Positions 1 through 13,854 of a stretch of DNA of 64,000 bases are shown piece by piece (within the stretch, counting starts at the first letter, position 1; each line of letters begins with the position of its first letter). The translations under genes were made by a program, and so were the position numbers. This stretch comes from the human T2T-CHM13v2.0 reference genome, Homo sapiens, in the NCBI RefSeq assembly GCF_009914755.1, contig NC_060936.1; one strand, 5' to 3'. The notes beneath the pieces are model-generated. The model was given only the letters and a program-made list of their open reading frames with translations, searched no databases and was not told the origin of the DNA.

Positions 1-800
1 AATCTCATCAAAGATGTGTGAAATCTTTATAGAAAAAATCATGAAACTTTATTGAAAGACATTTAAAAATGAGCAGCCATATCGTTTTCAAAGACAAGAA
101 GACTCAATATCATTAAGAAGTAATCTATCTCCAAATTAGTCAATAGATTTAATAAAATTTCAGTAAAAAAGGAAAGGTGTTTTTGTGAATCTTGAAAAAC
201 TTACTCTAAAATAGAAATTGAGAAGCAAAGAACCAAGAACAGCTAATATATTCCTGAAGAACATGAGGTTGGGGAACTGATTGTACTATAATATTGTAGA
301 TGATGTGACATTGGTGCATGGGTAGACAATAGGACAATGCAACAGAATAGAGAGTCCAGAAACAGACACATCTATGTAAGGAGAGATATAATAAAAAATA
401 TGTATTTCAGATCAGTGGTGAAAAATGAACCACTCAGTGGGAAATGCTGTCTTTATGGGAAACAGTGCATTACTACTCTTACCATACACAAAATCAGTTA
501 AGGACCTAAATGTTAAAGATGAAAGTTTAAAACTTTTGGAAAAAAATATTGGAGAATATTTTTATTTCCTCAGGGTTGGAAAGGTTTTTAAAAACAAGAC
601 ACAGAGAGCATGTACATAAAGGAAATGACTGATAAATTAAACTATACATTACAAATAACTTCTGTTCATTAAAAAGCACACAAATAGGATGAAAAGGTAA
701 GACACAACTTAAGAGAAGATAATTTCAACTCTACGTAACTGGGCAAAGGTTTTTTTTGCAGTTCATACAGAGTTCCTAAAATCAATAAGAAAAATATGGC
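1..800 (+). mobile_element. Ancient L1M ORF2 3'-region remnant
   Basis: A-rich, degenerate L1 ORF2-like motifs (aagactcaatatcattaag, aacagaatagagagtccagaaacagac, accatacacaaaa...aggacctaaatgt); no intact frame. Confidence 0.75.
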
Positions 801-831
801 TCAAGTCATTCAATGATTTTTGAAGTGTCCG

Positions 832-1016
832 TGGCAGACCCCTATAGATAAATACTAGTGTAGGCCTTTAGGGTTTTGAAACAAAGCTCTGCCATCCTCT
901 TCCAATAACCAGTCTTCTTTTGAGAAACACCTGGCTTGCTAGTGGGCCTTAGTAGAAATTAAACATTGACCATGGATCACTGAGTTACTATGTGATGTGA
1001 AGTACCCACCATGAAC
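832..1016 (+). pseudogene. Orphan ERV-L pol fragment (RT connection/tether region)
   Basis: Translates WQTPIDKY*CRPLGF*NKALPSSSNNQSSFEKHLAC*WALVE, resembling the HERV-L pol motif RPLGFWSKALP...LACYWALVE; homologous to the reverse complement of ~35885-36075. Confidence 0.8.
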
Positions 1017-1099
1017 ACTATGAGGAAGTTGCTGTGATTCTGCTGCTGTTCCCGTTATTTGTTTCCTGGTAAGCATGGTCCTGTGTTTTTTTTTTTTTT

Positions 1100-1941
1100 T
1101 TCTTTCCATCATGGCAGCTTAGTAGAAGCCTCAAAACCTCTTCTCTAACTTTATGAGTGTTGAGAAGCAGGATGTGGTGGCTCAGACAGTATCAGAGGAT
1201 TCCTTGAAGCCAGCAGTAGAGGTGGTGGCTACCCAGTTTCCCACTTCCTGATCATGCGGATTGTAGCTCCTTTGGTGGATCAGTTTTGTCCCATTGTTCA
1301 GGGAGTTGTTCCTGGAAGTTTAGTGTGTCAATTCAGGTCGGCTGAGAAGCAGATGTCAAGATGGAAATTTCTCCCAATAAATGTGAGAGATTTATGGAGG
1401 AAAATGCCTGTGAAGAATAAAGCCAGGAGGGAGCAGGAGTGGGCAGGGAGATGAGGCTCTGACATCACCCATAAAATGAGAGGGGAAGGAAGGAGGGTTG
1501 AGCAGGAAGAGACCTGGATTGCAGTGCAGCTCTGAGAAAAGTCTCGGCTAGGCTGATGGACAGTACCCAAGCACAGCCTGCTTGTCAGAGGGGTCCTGCA
1601 CTGGGCAGGAGGAGCCTGGCTCTAGAACTCCCACTGTACTAACTACTCCCTGACTTGGGGTCACCAGTTTGGAGCAGGCTGTGTAAGGCGTGGCCTCGTC
1701 TGGATGCTGGGGTAGGTGCTGAAAGTGGCAACTGCCAGCCAACTGATCTCAGGGCAGGTTCTTTCTCGAAGAGAGATCTGAGCAGCACAGTCCCAGGGTT
1801 TTCTAACTCAGCCTGGAGCCTTCTTCTTCTGTTTTTCTAATGATTTTTTGTTTTTAGAGCATCGAAATTCTGTTTCAAATCACTCACCTTAAACTAGCTT
1901 GTACAGTTTCTGTTACTGGTGGTTGAACCCTGACTACTATA
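1100..1941 (+). mobile_element. LTR33-like ERVL LTR, split by an LTR16 insertion
   Basis: gttcctggaag (~1308-1318) resumes as ctcagcctggagcc...cttaaactagct...gaaccctgact (~1807-1935), as in the recalled LTR33 3' end. Confidence 0.55.
1323..1795 (-). mobile_element. LTR16A-like ERVL LTR
   Basis: gcctgtgaagaataaag...gcagtgcagctctgagaaaagtctcggc...gcgtggcctc resembles the LTR16 family. Confidence 0.65.
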
Positions 1942-2049
1942 ACCCCTAAGCTCAGCAGAGTATCTGATGTATTGTAGAGGATCAATAATATTTCTTTTAT
2001 TAATTAATTTAAGCAGAATGGCTAAAGGTCTTTTAAGAACAAAATATAT

Positions 2050-2260
2050 ATTTTTTATTATACTTTAAGTTCTGGGATACATATGCAGAACGTGCAGGTT
2101 TGTTACATAGGTATACACGTGCCATGGTGGTTTGCTGCATCCATCAACCCATCATTTACATTAGGTATTTCTCCTAATGCTATCCCCTCCCCTAGCCCCC
2201 CACCCCCCGACAGGCCCTGGTGTGTCATGTTCCCCTCCCTGTGTCCATGTGTTCTCATTG
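2050..2260 (-). mobile_element. 5'-truncated L1PA (L1PA7-like), ~210 bp of 3' UTR
   Basis: ttattatactttaagttctgggatacat...ttaggtatttctcctaatgctatccc; diverged TSD AAGAACAAAATAT (2035) / AAGAACAGGATAT (2261). Confidence 0.92.
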
Positions 2261-2931
2261 AAGAACAGGATATTTAGCATTTAATTGCTGGTTGTTTGCA
2301 TTGCTGCAAATAATCCTTTTAGCAAATTCTGATAGACCCATAGAACCATATTTAGGGGTGATGTGGCTGCCACCATTCATCAGTCTGCTGACGCTTATGT
2401 TGGGGTAGCAGGAGGGGTTGTGGTCCAGGAGTTCCAGGCTGTGGTTGGTAGTGAATGAATTATTCCTGATGCAGAGAAGCAGCTACAACTTGAATTGCTT
2501 GCAGGAGCTGATGAAAGGAAAAATATAGTGCAGGGAGGTCACCTTAGAATGGGTGGGTAGGTGGCAGGTGGAGGCTGGTATATGGGTTTACATGCAAAGC
2601 AATGAATTCCATATATATCTTTATAGTTCTTCCTCAGATTTAAACATCAGCCATCAGAGCCACCTCCTTTTCTCTCTCTTGCTGCCATCTCAAGTTCTTT
2701 ATTAAAGCTAATCATCTCTCTTAAATGGAAGGATTAAGGCAATCACCCTAATTCAGTCTACGCTCAGGAAGGCTCATTGTGTTTATAAAATCTTAGCTGT
2801 TTTCTGATAACTATGTTTACCAAACTTTGAACTCTACCACCAAATTCCCCCAAAATATTGAATATAATGAAGAAAAATATTTTTGTAAGAGGTTGATGTC
2901 AACAGTTTTGCAGAAAAATTCTTGGGCAAAG

Positions 2932-3125
2932 GGGAAACACGCAACATATCAAGACTTCTAAAATTAAAATTCGTCAGCACTTCTCTAAAAAAGCTCACCT
3001 TTTTGGTGGGAAGAGCTTCAGGGAAACACACTTAACTTACTGAGACTTCTAAAATCAAAATTTAGTCAGCACTTCCCTAAAAACACTCACTTTTTTTTTG
3101 CTGAGAAGAACTGCAGGACACTTAG
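2932..3125. repeat. Diverged tandem duplication, ~90-bp unit x2
   Basis: gggaaacac...agacttctaaaat(t/c)aaaatt...gtcagcactt.. occurs at 2932 and 3021. Confidence 0.85.
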
Positions 3126-3799
3126 GTGGAGGTGGCAATTTGTCCAGGTAATAAACACGTTAAGAACAAGAGCAGCAATCAAAGTTTTTTCTCAACCATA
3201 TCTCAGGCTAATGGAGCCGAGTGCTTTCTGGTTGGGCATTTTTCATTCTGCATCTGGAACCACCCAGGCTGATGAAAGAAACTGATCTATAGTAGTATTT
3301 AGTTTTGCCAAGCAGTGTTTAATATTCCAAATGAAAAGCTGTGGAATCTCACTTGAAAAGGAGGACAAATTTAAACCAGTGTCTAATTCTCAGCCTTCTT
3401 TTTTCATTTCATCATGGTGACCTGGTACTCCCTGCTGTCTAGTGCTTTGGTTCATTATTTTGTCTGTACAGGAACTGCACCTGCCATACAAAAGCACTTA
3501 ATTTAAGCATTTGGGAAGATGCCATTAATAGACTTAAAGAAAAATGTTATATATATATAATATATGTACGTATATTTAGACCCACTGATAATTTATTTAA
3601 TATTTTAAAAACATTTATTTAAAAATAACAATTCTTTAATATCATAACACATCTAATAAATTATATATAATAAATTTTAAAATTTATTAGCTATGATATT
3701 AACGAATTGATAAAGATATCTAAAAAGGATATCTAATAAATTTTAAAATTTATTTATTAAAGAATTGTTGTCTTACTCTTTGTTTAAATAGTGTTACTC

Positions 3800-4170
3800 T
3801 TTGCTTGAGTCAGGATGTCATTAAGTTTCACACATTGTGATTGATTGATGTGCATTTAAGCCTTTTTTAATCTACAGGCTCTCCCCATTCCTATGCCTCT
3901 CTGTCTCAATGTCTCCTCTTGCAGTTTTATTGGTTGAAGAAATGAGGTCATTTGTTCTGCAGAGTTTCTTACAGTCTGGATCTTGCTGACTGCATCTCTG
4001 TGATGCCTTTTAGCATGTTCCTCAGTTCTTTGTATTTCTCATGAATTAGTAGTTGGATGCAGGCTTGATCAGATTCATAGTTGCCTTTTGGCAAGACTCC
4101 TTCCTAGACAGTGCTCTGTGTTCCCATCAGGAAGTACATGATGTCTAGTTGTCGTGTGTGTGTGTGTGAT
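3800..4170 (-). mobile_element. L1MC4/L1MC5-like 3' UTR fragment
   Basis: ttgaagaaatgaggtcatttgttctgcagagtttcttacagtctggat...ggcttgatcagattca; similar to 18900-19200. Confidence 0.7.
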
Positions 4171-5170
4171 GGAAGCAACTACAGACTACAGGGGAGATCA
4201 CTGACTAGACAGATTATTAATTCAAAATAAAAAGCTGCTGACTTTTTATTTTGAAATAAATATAAACTCATAGGAAGTTGGAAAAATAGTATAGAGTCAC
4301 ATGTACCCTTCACCTACCTTCCCTTATCTATGTAAAGAACATGTAACCCTAGTTCAATATCAAAACAGGGAAATTGGCACCAGTAGAATAATCATACACT
4401 TTTAAATGTGTTCTGATAAGAACATTTTTCTTTTAAAAGTCCAGTGAGTCATAAAAAACTGTTCATAATTTGGCTAATTACATGTGACTTTCATAAATTT
4501 GTTCCACCTCAAAATAAGAATTTTTCTCTGAAAATTAATTTATGAACCTAGGTTAAAATACATCAAAGTAGCTTTATTTTGAGCTGAAGATAGAATTGGC
4601 ACTGTCTGATCCTGTTCCAGAACACTTATTTGTAATTCAGTGGTTTAAGTGTGGATTCTGGGTGTCCAGAAAAAAATAATGCCAAAGGCCCACTTTTGTT
4701 AAATGCAAAAGAAACAACCTCAGAGATGGGGTCACCTTCGTTTCCCTTGGAATGCAGGCAATGCACTTACATAATGAGTCCATGGAAAACTAGCATAGAA
4801 CAGAGCTAACAGGAATGACAAAAACATTTTTAGTACTTTCTAATTTACAAAGTACTTTAGTTAAATAAAACTACCATGTAATGGGATGTCTGAACCTAAG
4901 AATCAGTGGAGGGCATATCTTGCTTAGAATATGAATTCCTTCTTTTGTGATAGCAGAGAAAAACTTAGCAATTTTGACATAGTAACAGTGTTGCTTACAG
5001 CAGTTTAAATGTTTGTTGGAATATTTCTGAGGATTCCTTCTTGTCCAGTTTTGAAATTTAAAATTATTATTTAGGTTCATAACTTGTAAAAATTGGGAGA
5101 AAATTTTGAAATCAATTGCGGTATCTACTCAAGATACACATGAGGAACTGAGGTCTAGAGAAGTGAAGTA

Positions 5171-5560
5171 CAGTCATCCCTCGGTAAGCTGGCGGGATTG
5201 GGTCCAGGACCCCATGGATACCAAAATCCACGGGTGCTCAAGTCCCTGATATAAAATGGTGTTGTATTTGCACATAACCTATGCACACTCTCCCATGTAC
5301 TTTAAACCTTCTCTAGATTACTTACATTACCTAATACAATGTAAATGCTATATAAATAGTGGTTATACTGTATTATTGAGGGAATAATGACAAGAAAAAA
5401 TTCAATAATGACAAGAAAAAAGTCTGTACCTGTTCAGTACAGATATAATCTGCCCCCCCACAAAATATTTTCAATTTGCCATTGGTTGACTCCATGGATA
5501 GAGAGTACCAGGGATAGCCAGGTATTTCTTCTAAACCCCTACAGTACAGAGGGCTGACTG
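5171..5560 (+). mobile_element. MER2 (TcMar-Tigger MITE) inserted in a MIR
   Basis: TIRs cagtcatccctcggta / tacagagggctgactg; TA duplication at 5169-5170 and 5561-5562; MIR core (tgaggaactgagg...aaggtcacccag) rejoins across it. Confidence 0.92.
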
Positions 5561-5649
5561 TAATTTGCTTAAGGTCACCCAGTGAGCCTTTGACTGGGCC
5601 AGCAAAGTTATGTCTCTTCACCACTAAGCCAGGATTTGGGGCAGATGAG

Positions 5650-6340
5650 GAGCATGTGTGAAGGCCCAGAGGCCAAAGGGATCTGTTTCAGCCATGAGCA
5701 TGGCTGTGGCTTCTTGTTCCCTGTAGTATCCCCAGGTTTTTTGCAGCATCTGACATGGAAAGGAGAGTTTGGCATGTGAGTGTCCAGTGTGGCTCTGGTG
5801 CAAGATTAATATGGGGGAGTGACAGGAGATGAGACACTGAAGAGGCTGGCAGGGACAAACCCTCACACACTTTGTACACCGTGTTAAAGGGTTGGAACTT
5901 TGCGTTGGTAGATGACAGCCCTGAAGAATTTTAAAATAACATAATCAAATTACCACTTTAGGAAAACCATTTGGCAACAGATGAAAGACGAACAGCTAGA
6001 AGCCGATGAGACTGGAGTGGAGACAGCACACAGAGCCCTGGTGGAAAGGAAGGCGCTGATGATAGGGATCCCACTAAGGCAGTGACATGGAGGATGGCGA
6101 TCACAGAGTTGCATTTGGAAGATGCTCAGGGGTGGACTTAGTTAAACGGTGACAGAGGAGTGAAGGCTGACTCCTGAGTTCCTGCAGTGGGTAAAGTGGT
6201 TGATGGTCTTTTGTTTGCTAAGATAAGGAAGGCAAGCTGGCTGGGTGAAAACCAGGAGATTGACTCTTGAGATGATGGATGTGGGTCTGGAGCTCAAGAG
6301 AGAAGCGCCAGCCCCTCAGGGAGGAGACAGTGTAGTGGAA
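5650..6340 (-). mobile_element. L2 fragment
   Basis: Degenerate L2 motifs (gaaggctgactcctgagtt, gtgggtctggagctcaagagag). Confidence 0.55.
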
Positions 6341-6356
6341 GTTCACAAATTTAACA

Positions 6357-6666
<310 letters not shown>

Positions 6667-6681
6667 TAAAGAAGCATTTTG

Positions 6682-7029
<348 letters not shown>

Positions 7030-7155
7030 TCACCCAGTCTGTATCTTCACAGCAGTGATGAAAATAAAACCTTAAAACATGACGTTAATCTCTCCTGTTG
7101 CTTTTTCCACGCTTGTTTGGAGAAGCCGAGGTTTTCAAAGGTGAGCCAAAATTCG

Positions 7156-7175
7156 GACCAGCAGCGGGCAGCGCC
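7156..7175 (+). promoter_or_regulatory. Candidate CTCF site
   Basis: GACCAGCAGCGGGCAGCGCC, close to the CTCF core CC(A/G)(C/G)(C/T)AG(A/G)(G/T)GGC with one core mismatch; lies in a small CpG-retaining patch. Confidence 0.4.
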
Positions 7176-8089
7176 CCAACTTGCACGCTCCACTCAGCAA
7201 CCTTGGAGGCATGCACTGAGGTCCAGAGGCGGCTGAACAACCGCCTGGTGCCACTCAAGTTTGCTCCCTGGTTCTCATCGCTCTCCTCACCCCCACTGCT
7301 GTCTCCCCACAGCAGCTTAGCCAAGTATTTCTTCTAACCTCTAATATTCTCCCGGAGAGGGGTTCAGGGAAATACAATCGTCTCTGTCTCATTACATTTC
7401 CAGGTTTTTAAACTTGGTTATTGATTTTATTACATTCATCTATTTTTACTTCTGTATCTCTTACCAAATTATAAGTTGTTTGAAGGGAGGAAGTGTAACT
7501 TATTCCTCTTTTTTGGAACCCAGATCCAAGTTTGGATCTTAGTACAGCTCTTAATAAATGGAGTTGAAATGAAAGTATTTTAGTTTCAGTTTTCTAATTT
7601 TTTTTATAAAATTAAGTTTCCATAAGAATTGTTACAAGAACTTTTATAAAAGAAACAAGTGCCCTACTCTTTCTCATTTGGTTCATTCAGAAATCTGTCT
7701 TACAGTAAGAAAAGTACTTAGAATATAGAAATATTTTCTATAAAAACTATTTTTTGAACTCCAGAGATAGTCTACTTTAGTTATTTTTGGCACTTGGATT
7801 TTTTAATGCCTTTGATTTTATACACATGACTTTAAAAATGGGCAATGGTTGCCTTTTGGGCACATTGAATTTAAGCAAATGTGTTTAGGTCTCTCATGGG
7901 TGGTGGCAAAGGTGAGTTTAAGATAATGCATTTTGCAACAAACAATTCAAATGATAAATAAGCTATTCTCTGAATTAGCCACTTAGGAAAGGCTGGGGTG
8001 TATGGAAATTAATTCTGTGTAGCTGAGCATTCTTTGTTTTTGTATTAAAAAATGGTTAGTCTTTATTCAAAGCTTATATATGAAGTGTT

Positions 8090-9740
<1,651 letters not shown>

Positions 9741-10730
9741 TTACAAGACAGACAGGATTTCAAAGGGAATTTCTGTTTTAAAGGCCTGGCAATGGACAAA
9801 CACAGCCTCATGTCTGAAAAATTCTGTTTTCTTCCTAGGAGCCAGAAATTAATTGGGTTATAGAGAAAACTTTTTTAACCCCTTAATGAAAAAAAAATAG
9901 ACCTTTTGTATCTCATGTTTGTGTTCAGTTCTTTCAATTACATAGCTTTTAATTTTTTAATGAAAAGTAAATTTTTAAAGAAGCAATCCACAAATTATTC
10001 TATGTTCTTAAAAACTCAAATAATACAGAAGTATATAGAGGGAATTAAGTTCTTTTAGCACGTCCTGCTAGTTCACTACCTCGTCCTCAGCAGTGACTAC
10101 TGTGAGTGATGCAGACTCCTCAGCCCTTGTTCTGTGTATTCACATATATATATATGCACCCATGCAAGCTTGTAGTTTCTATTTTTATAACATAAATCAG
10201 AATATTACATATATTGCTTTGTAATTTGCTATTCTTTTCTGAATAATAGCTCTTTGGCATTTCTTTTCATGTTACTACGTATAAATCCACCTTATTCTAT
10301 TTGACTTTTGCCCAGTGTTATATAACATGTATGGTAGATAGCATAGTTATATATGCTTTTCCAATAATCCCTTGATTTGCCAGGCAGAGGGCAGATATCC
10401 CTTGATCTCAGGCAAGGCCTTTTTTCCAACCAGTTGTGGTCCTTTTTGCGGGGTATTTACTTCCAAACCTCCCTAATAGCTACAGTGACCATGTGACACA
10501 GTTCTGGTCTATGAAATGTAAGGGAACGCCAGCATACAGGCTTCTGGGAAATTTCAGTGTTCTTTGATGAAAAAGCAAGAGTGTTACAAAAAAAGGGTTT
10601 TCTCTGCCCTGGCTGCCCTCCCCACACCCCTAACTTCCTGCCTTTGAATGGAGATGTGATTTCTGGAGTTTGAAACCATCTTGAGACCACAGGCCACAGG
10701 CCTAAGGATGGAAAGTCAACACTCAAAATT

Positions 10731-11150
10731 TGTTAGTTAGCTTTGCTGTCTAACAAACAACCTCAAAATCTCAGTGGCTTACAACAAAAATATTTATTTT
10801 ATTGCTCACGGGTATTTGAGTTAGCTCTGGCTCTGCTCGGCTTATCCAGGATTGGCTGGGCTTGGCTCTAACCTGTGAGTTTGGTTCAGCTTTGTATTTC
10901 TTCATTCCTCTTGGGTCAGAGGTTTCCTAAGAAATAATTCTTATCATGGATCACAGGAGTGCAAGAGAGTTGGTAGAAACATGAGATCCTATTAAGACCT
11001 TGTCCTGGAACTGGCACATACGCAATTACTTTTACCCACATTCAGTTGGCCAATGCATGTTGCAAGGCCAACTCCAACATCAGCCCATTCTAGCACACTG
11101 CAAGGTTATACTGCAGATAAAAGGGGTAGAGAGCTGAGAACAATAATCAA
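10731..11150 (-). mobile_element. MLT1 (MLT1H/I-like) LTR
   Basis: tgttagttagctttgctg...aaaatctcagtggcttacaacaa...ttggccaatgcatgttgcaaggccaa. Confidence 0.65.
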
Positions 11151-11156
11151 ATTGAG

Positions 11157-11464
11157 GGCCGGGCGCGGTGGCTCACGCCTGTAATCCCAGCACTTTGGGA
11201 GGCCGAGGCGGGCGGATCACGAGGTCAGGAGATCCAGACCATCCTGGCTAACATGGTGAAACCCCGTCTCTACTAAAAATACAAAAAATTAGCCGGGCGA
11301 GGTGGCGGGCGCCTGTAGTCCCAGCTACTCGGGAGGCTGAGACAGGAGAATGGCGTGAACCCCAGGGGGCGGAGCCTGCAGTGAGCCGAGATTGCGCCAC
11401 TGCACTCCAGCCTGGGCGACAGCGAGACTCCGTCTCAAAAAAAAAAAAAAAAAAAAATAATAAT
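11157..11464 (+). mobile_element. Young AluY (AluYe5-like)
   Basis: Most CpGs intact; gggcgaggtggcgggc, gaaccccagggggcggagcctgcag and cgacagcgagac; long A tail; perfect TSD AATAATCAAATTGA at 11142-11155 and 11465-11478. Confidence 0.95.
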
Positions 11465-12179
11465 AATAATCAAATTGAAATAAAAGGATGGAGGAGCAGA
11501 AGGATGAGACCCTGGGTCCTTAATGAGAACATGGAGCAGCTGTGCCAACAATGGCACTAGTTTTTTCTAGGCTTTTGTTATAAGATAACAATGAGCCCTT
11601 GTTTATTTAAGGCACAATTTCTACTTGCTGTTGAAAACATTCCAAAACGATAAAATGCAGTTGTATTCTAATTTAACTCTTTCTTTATTGATGGGCATTT
11701 AAGTTGTTTCTAATTTTCCAAATAATGCTACAACGAACATCTTATATAAAACTTGACCAACTGTATGTGTGTTCTAATCAGATAGATTCTTAGAAATGAA
11801 ATTGTTGGGTGGAAGAGTATTTACATTTAAAGTTTTGATAAATAATATCAAATTGCCCTCTACAAGACTTCATCCATTCATTCTTCATATTCTTACAATT
11901 CTGATAGTATGTCATTTTAAAAAATGCTTCCAATGTGGTGGGTGAAATATAGTTCTGTTTCATTTGCATTACTATGATTAGTGAAGTTGAATATCTTTTC
12001 ATATATTCATTGGCCATTTGTATTTCTTATTGTGTAATCACATGTTCGTGTCCTTTGCTTATTTTTCTCTTGTGTTTTCCTTTTTTCTTAGTAGTTGGCA
12101 AGGGATCATTTTATTTTATGCTTTTCTTGTCTGTTTTACGCTTGATAAATATGGTCATTTATTTGTCTTTCCTTCTTTT

Positions 12180-12600
12180 AAAAATAATTTTTATTAGATA
12201 TTACAGAGATACAAAAGAGTATATATGAAATACGCTCAAACTCTAAAAAATGAGAATACAATAAATTACCGAGAATTCATCATCCAAAGAATTTGTACAT
12301 TCTCATCACCTTTGAAGTCCACTCATTTCCTTCCACATTAGAGTAAATAAATGAAACCCTGAAATTTGTGTTTATTATTCTCATTTTTCTTTATACTTTT
12401 ACTACAAACATATGTGTCCAGAAACAGTATTTAGTTCACATGTTTTGACCTTTATATAAATGGAATCATACTATAACTATCCTTTGGTGACTTTTTCCAT
12501 TCAACATGTTTCTAAGATTCATCCAGTTTGTTGCATGTAGCAGTAATTCACAGTGGCAAAGAATTCTATTATATGAAATAACAAAACGTATTTATCCCCT
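12180..12600 (-). mobile_element. L1M 3'-end fragment
   Basis: ctttatataaatggaatcatact...ttcaacatgtttctaagattcatccagtttgttgcatgtagc. Confidence 0.65.
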
Positions 12601-12733
12601 CTTATTTCTTAAACATAGTAAACATACTTGTCTGTTTGTTCCTATATCTGAAGTACAGAGGTTAGTTTATGTTGTCTATTGCTTCTGCTGGCTCTTAGTC
12701 ATGATGCCTCATATGTTTCTGTGGTTTGAGATT

Positions 12734-13015
12734 TGCTATGGCCTGAAAGTGTGTGTGTCCCCTCAAGTTTTGCATGTTGAAAACCTAATTACCAATGTGA
12801 AGGTATTAGGTGGAGCCTTTGGGGGGTGATTAGATCAGAGAGTGGGCCCTCATGAATGATATTAGTGCCCTTATGAAAGATACCCCAGAGAGCTGCCGTG
12901 CCTCCTTCCCCCATGTGAGGATGCAATGAGAAGGTCCTATCTAAGAGGAATGGGCCTTCACTAGACACTGAACCTGTTGGCACCTTAATCTTGAACTTTA
13001 CAGTCTCCAGAACTG
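12734..13015 (+). mobile_element. MLT1A-like MaLR LTR (3'-truncated)
   Basis: tgctatgg...catgttgaaaacctaa...ccctcatgaatg...ggcaccttaatcttgaac...tccagaactg. Confidence 0.8.
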
Positions 13016-13261
13016 GAGACTGTCTTGAAAGATAACAATAATAACGTCGCAGGGGAAGATGAGCTCAGCTCTCAGGTCTGGTGATGAGAAATGATGCTGA
13101 CGTGTGGCTACCCTACATTTGAATTTGGTCAGTGGGAATACAAGAGTTCAAATCCCAGTGGACATTTCAGAAACTTCTTTTCTTTTTTTCAAATGTTAAA
13201 GCCCAAACTGCATGAAGGCTTTGGGGAAATTTTCTGCCCCCAGAGCTAATCAAGGACATTC

Positions 13262-13854
13262 TTTTTTAATGCATATTTTAGGGGCTTATTTTTATTTTTA
13301 TTTTTTATTATACTTTAAGTTCTTGAGTACATGTGCAGAACATGCAGATTTGTTACATAGGTATACATGTGCCGTGGTGGTTTGCTGCACCCATCAACCC
13401 ATTATTTACATTACACATTTCTCCTAATGCTATCCCTCTCCTAGTCCCCCACCCACTCACAGGCCCTGGTGTGTAATGTTTCCCTCCCTGTGTCCATGTG
13501 TTCTCACTGTTCAATTCCCACTTATGAGTGAGAACATGCAGTGTTTGGTTTTCTGTTCCTGTGTTAGTTTGCTGAGAATGATGGTTTCCAGCTACATCCA
13601 TGTCCCTGCAAAGGACATGAACTCATTCTTTTTTATGGCTGCATAGTATTCCATGGTGTATATGTGCCACATTTTCTTTATCCACTCTGTCATTGATGGA
13701 CATTTGGGTTGGTTCCAAGTCTTTGCTATTGTGAACAGTGCCGCAATAAACATATGTGTGCATGAGTCTTTATAGTAGAATGATTTATAATCCTTTGGGT
13801 ATATACCCAGTAATGGGATTGCTATGTCAAATGGTATTTCTAGTTCTACATCCT
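13262..13854 (-). mobile_element. 5'-truncated L1PA7-like element
   Basis: L1 ORF2 end plus 3' UTR; perfect TSD CTAATCAAGGACATTC at 13246-13261 and 13855-13870. Confidence 0.96.

Larger units (their letters stand above)
10360..11650 (+). mobile_element. Old MLT1 (MLT1J/K-like) LTR, split by a second MLT1 and an AluY
   Basis: gaccatgtgacacagttctggtc...aaccatcttgagacc (to ~10725) resumes aaggatggaggagcagaagg...ctgggtccttaatga (~11484 onward). Confidence 0.65.
9960..12100 (-). mobile_element. Ancient L1ME-like 3' fragment, interrupted at ~10360-11650
   Basis: L1M 3' UTR motifs on both sides (tattgatgggcatttaagttgtttc, tcatttgcattactatgattagtgaagttgaatatcttttcatat). Confidence 0.6.
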
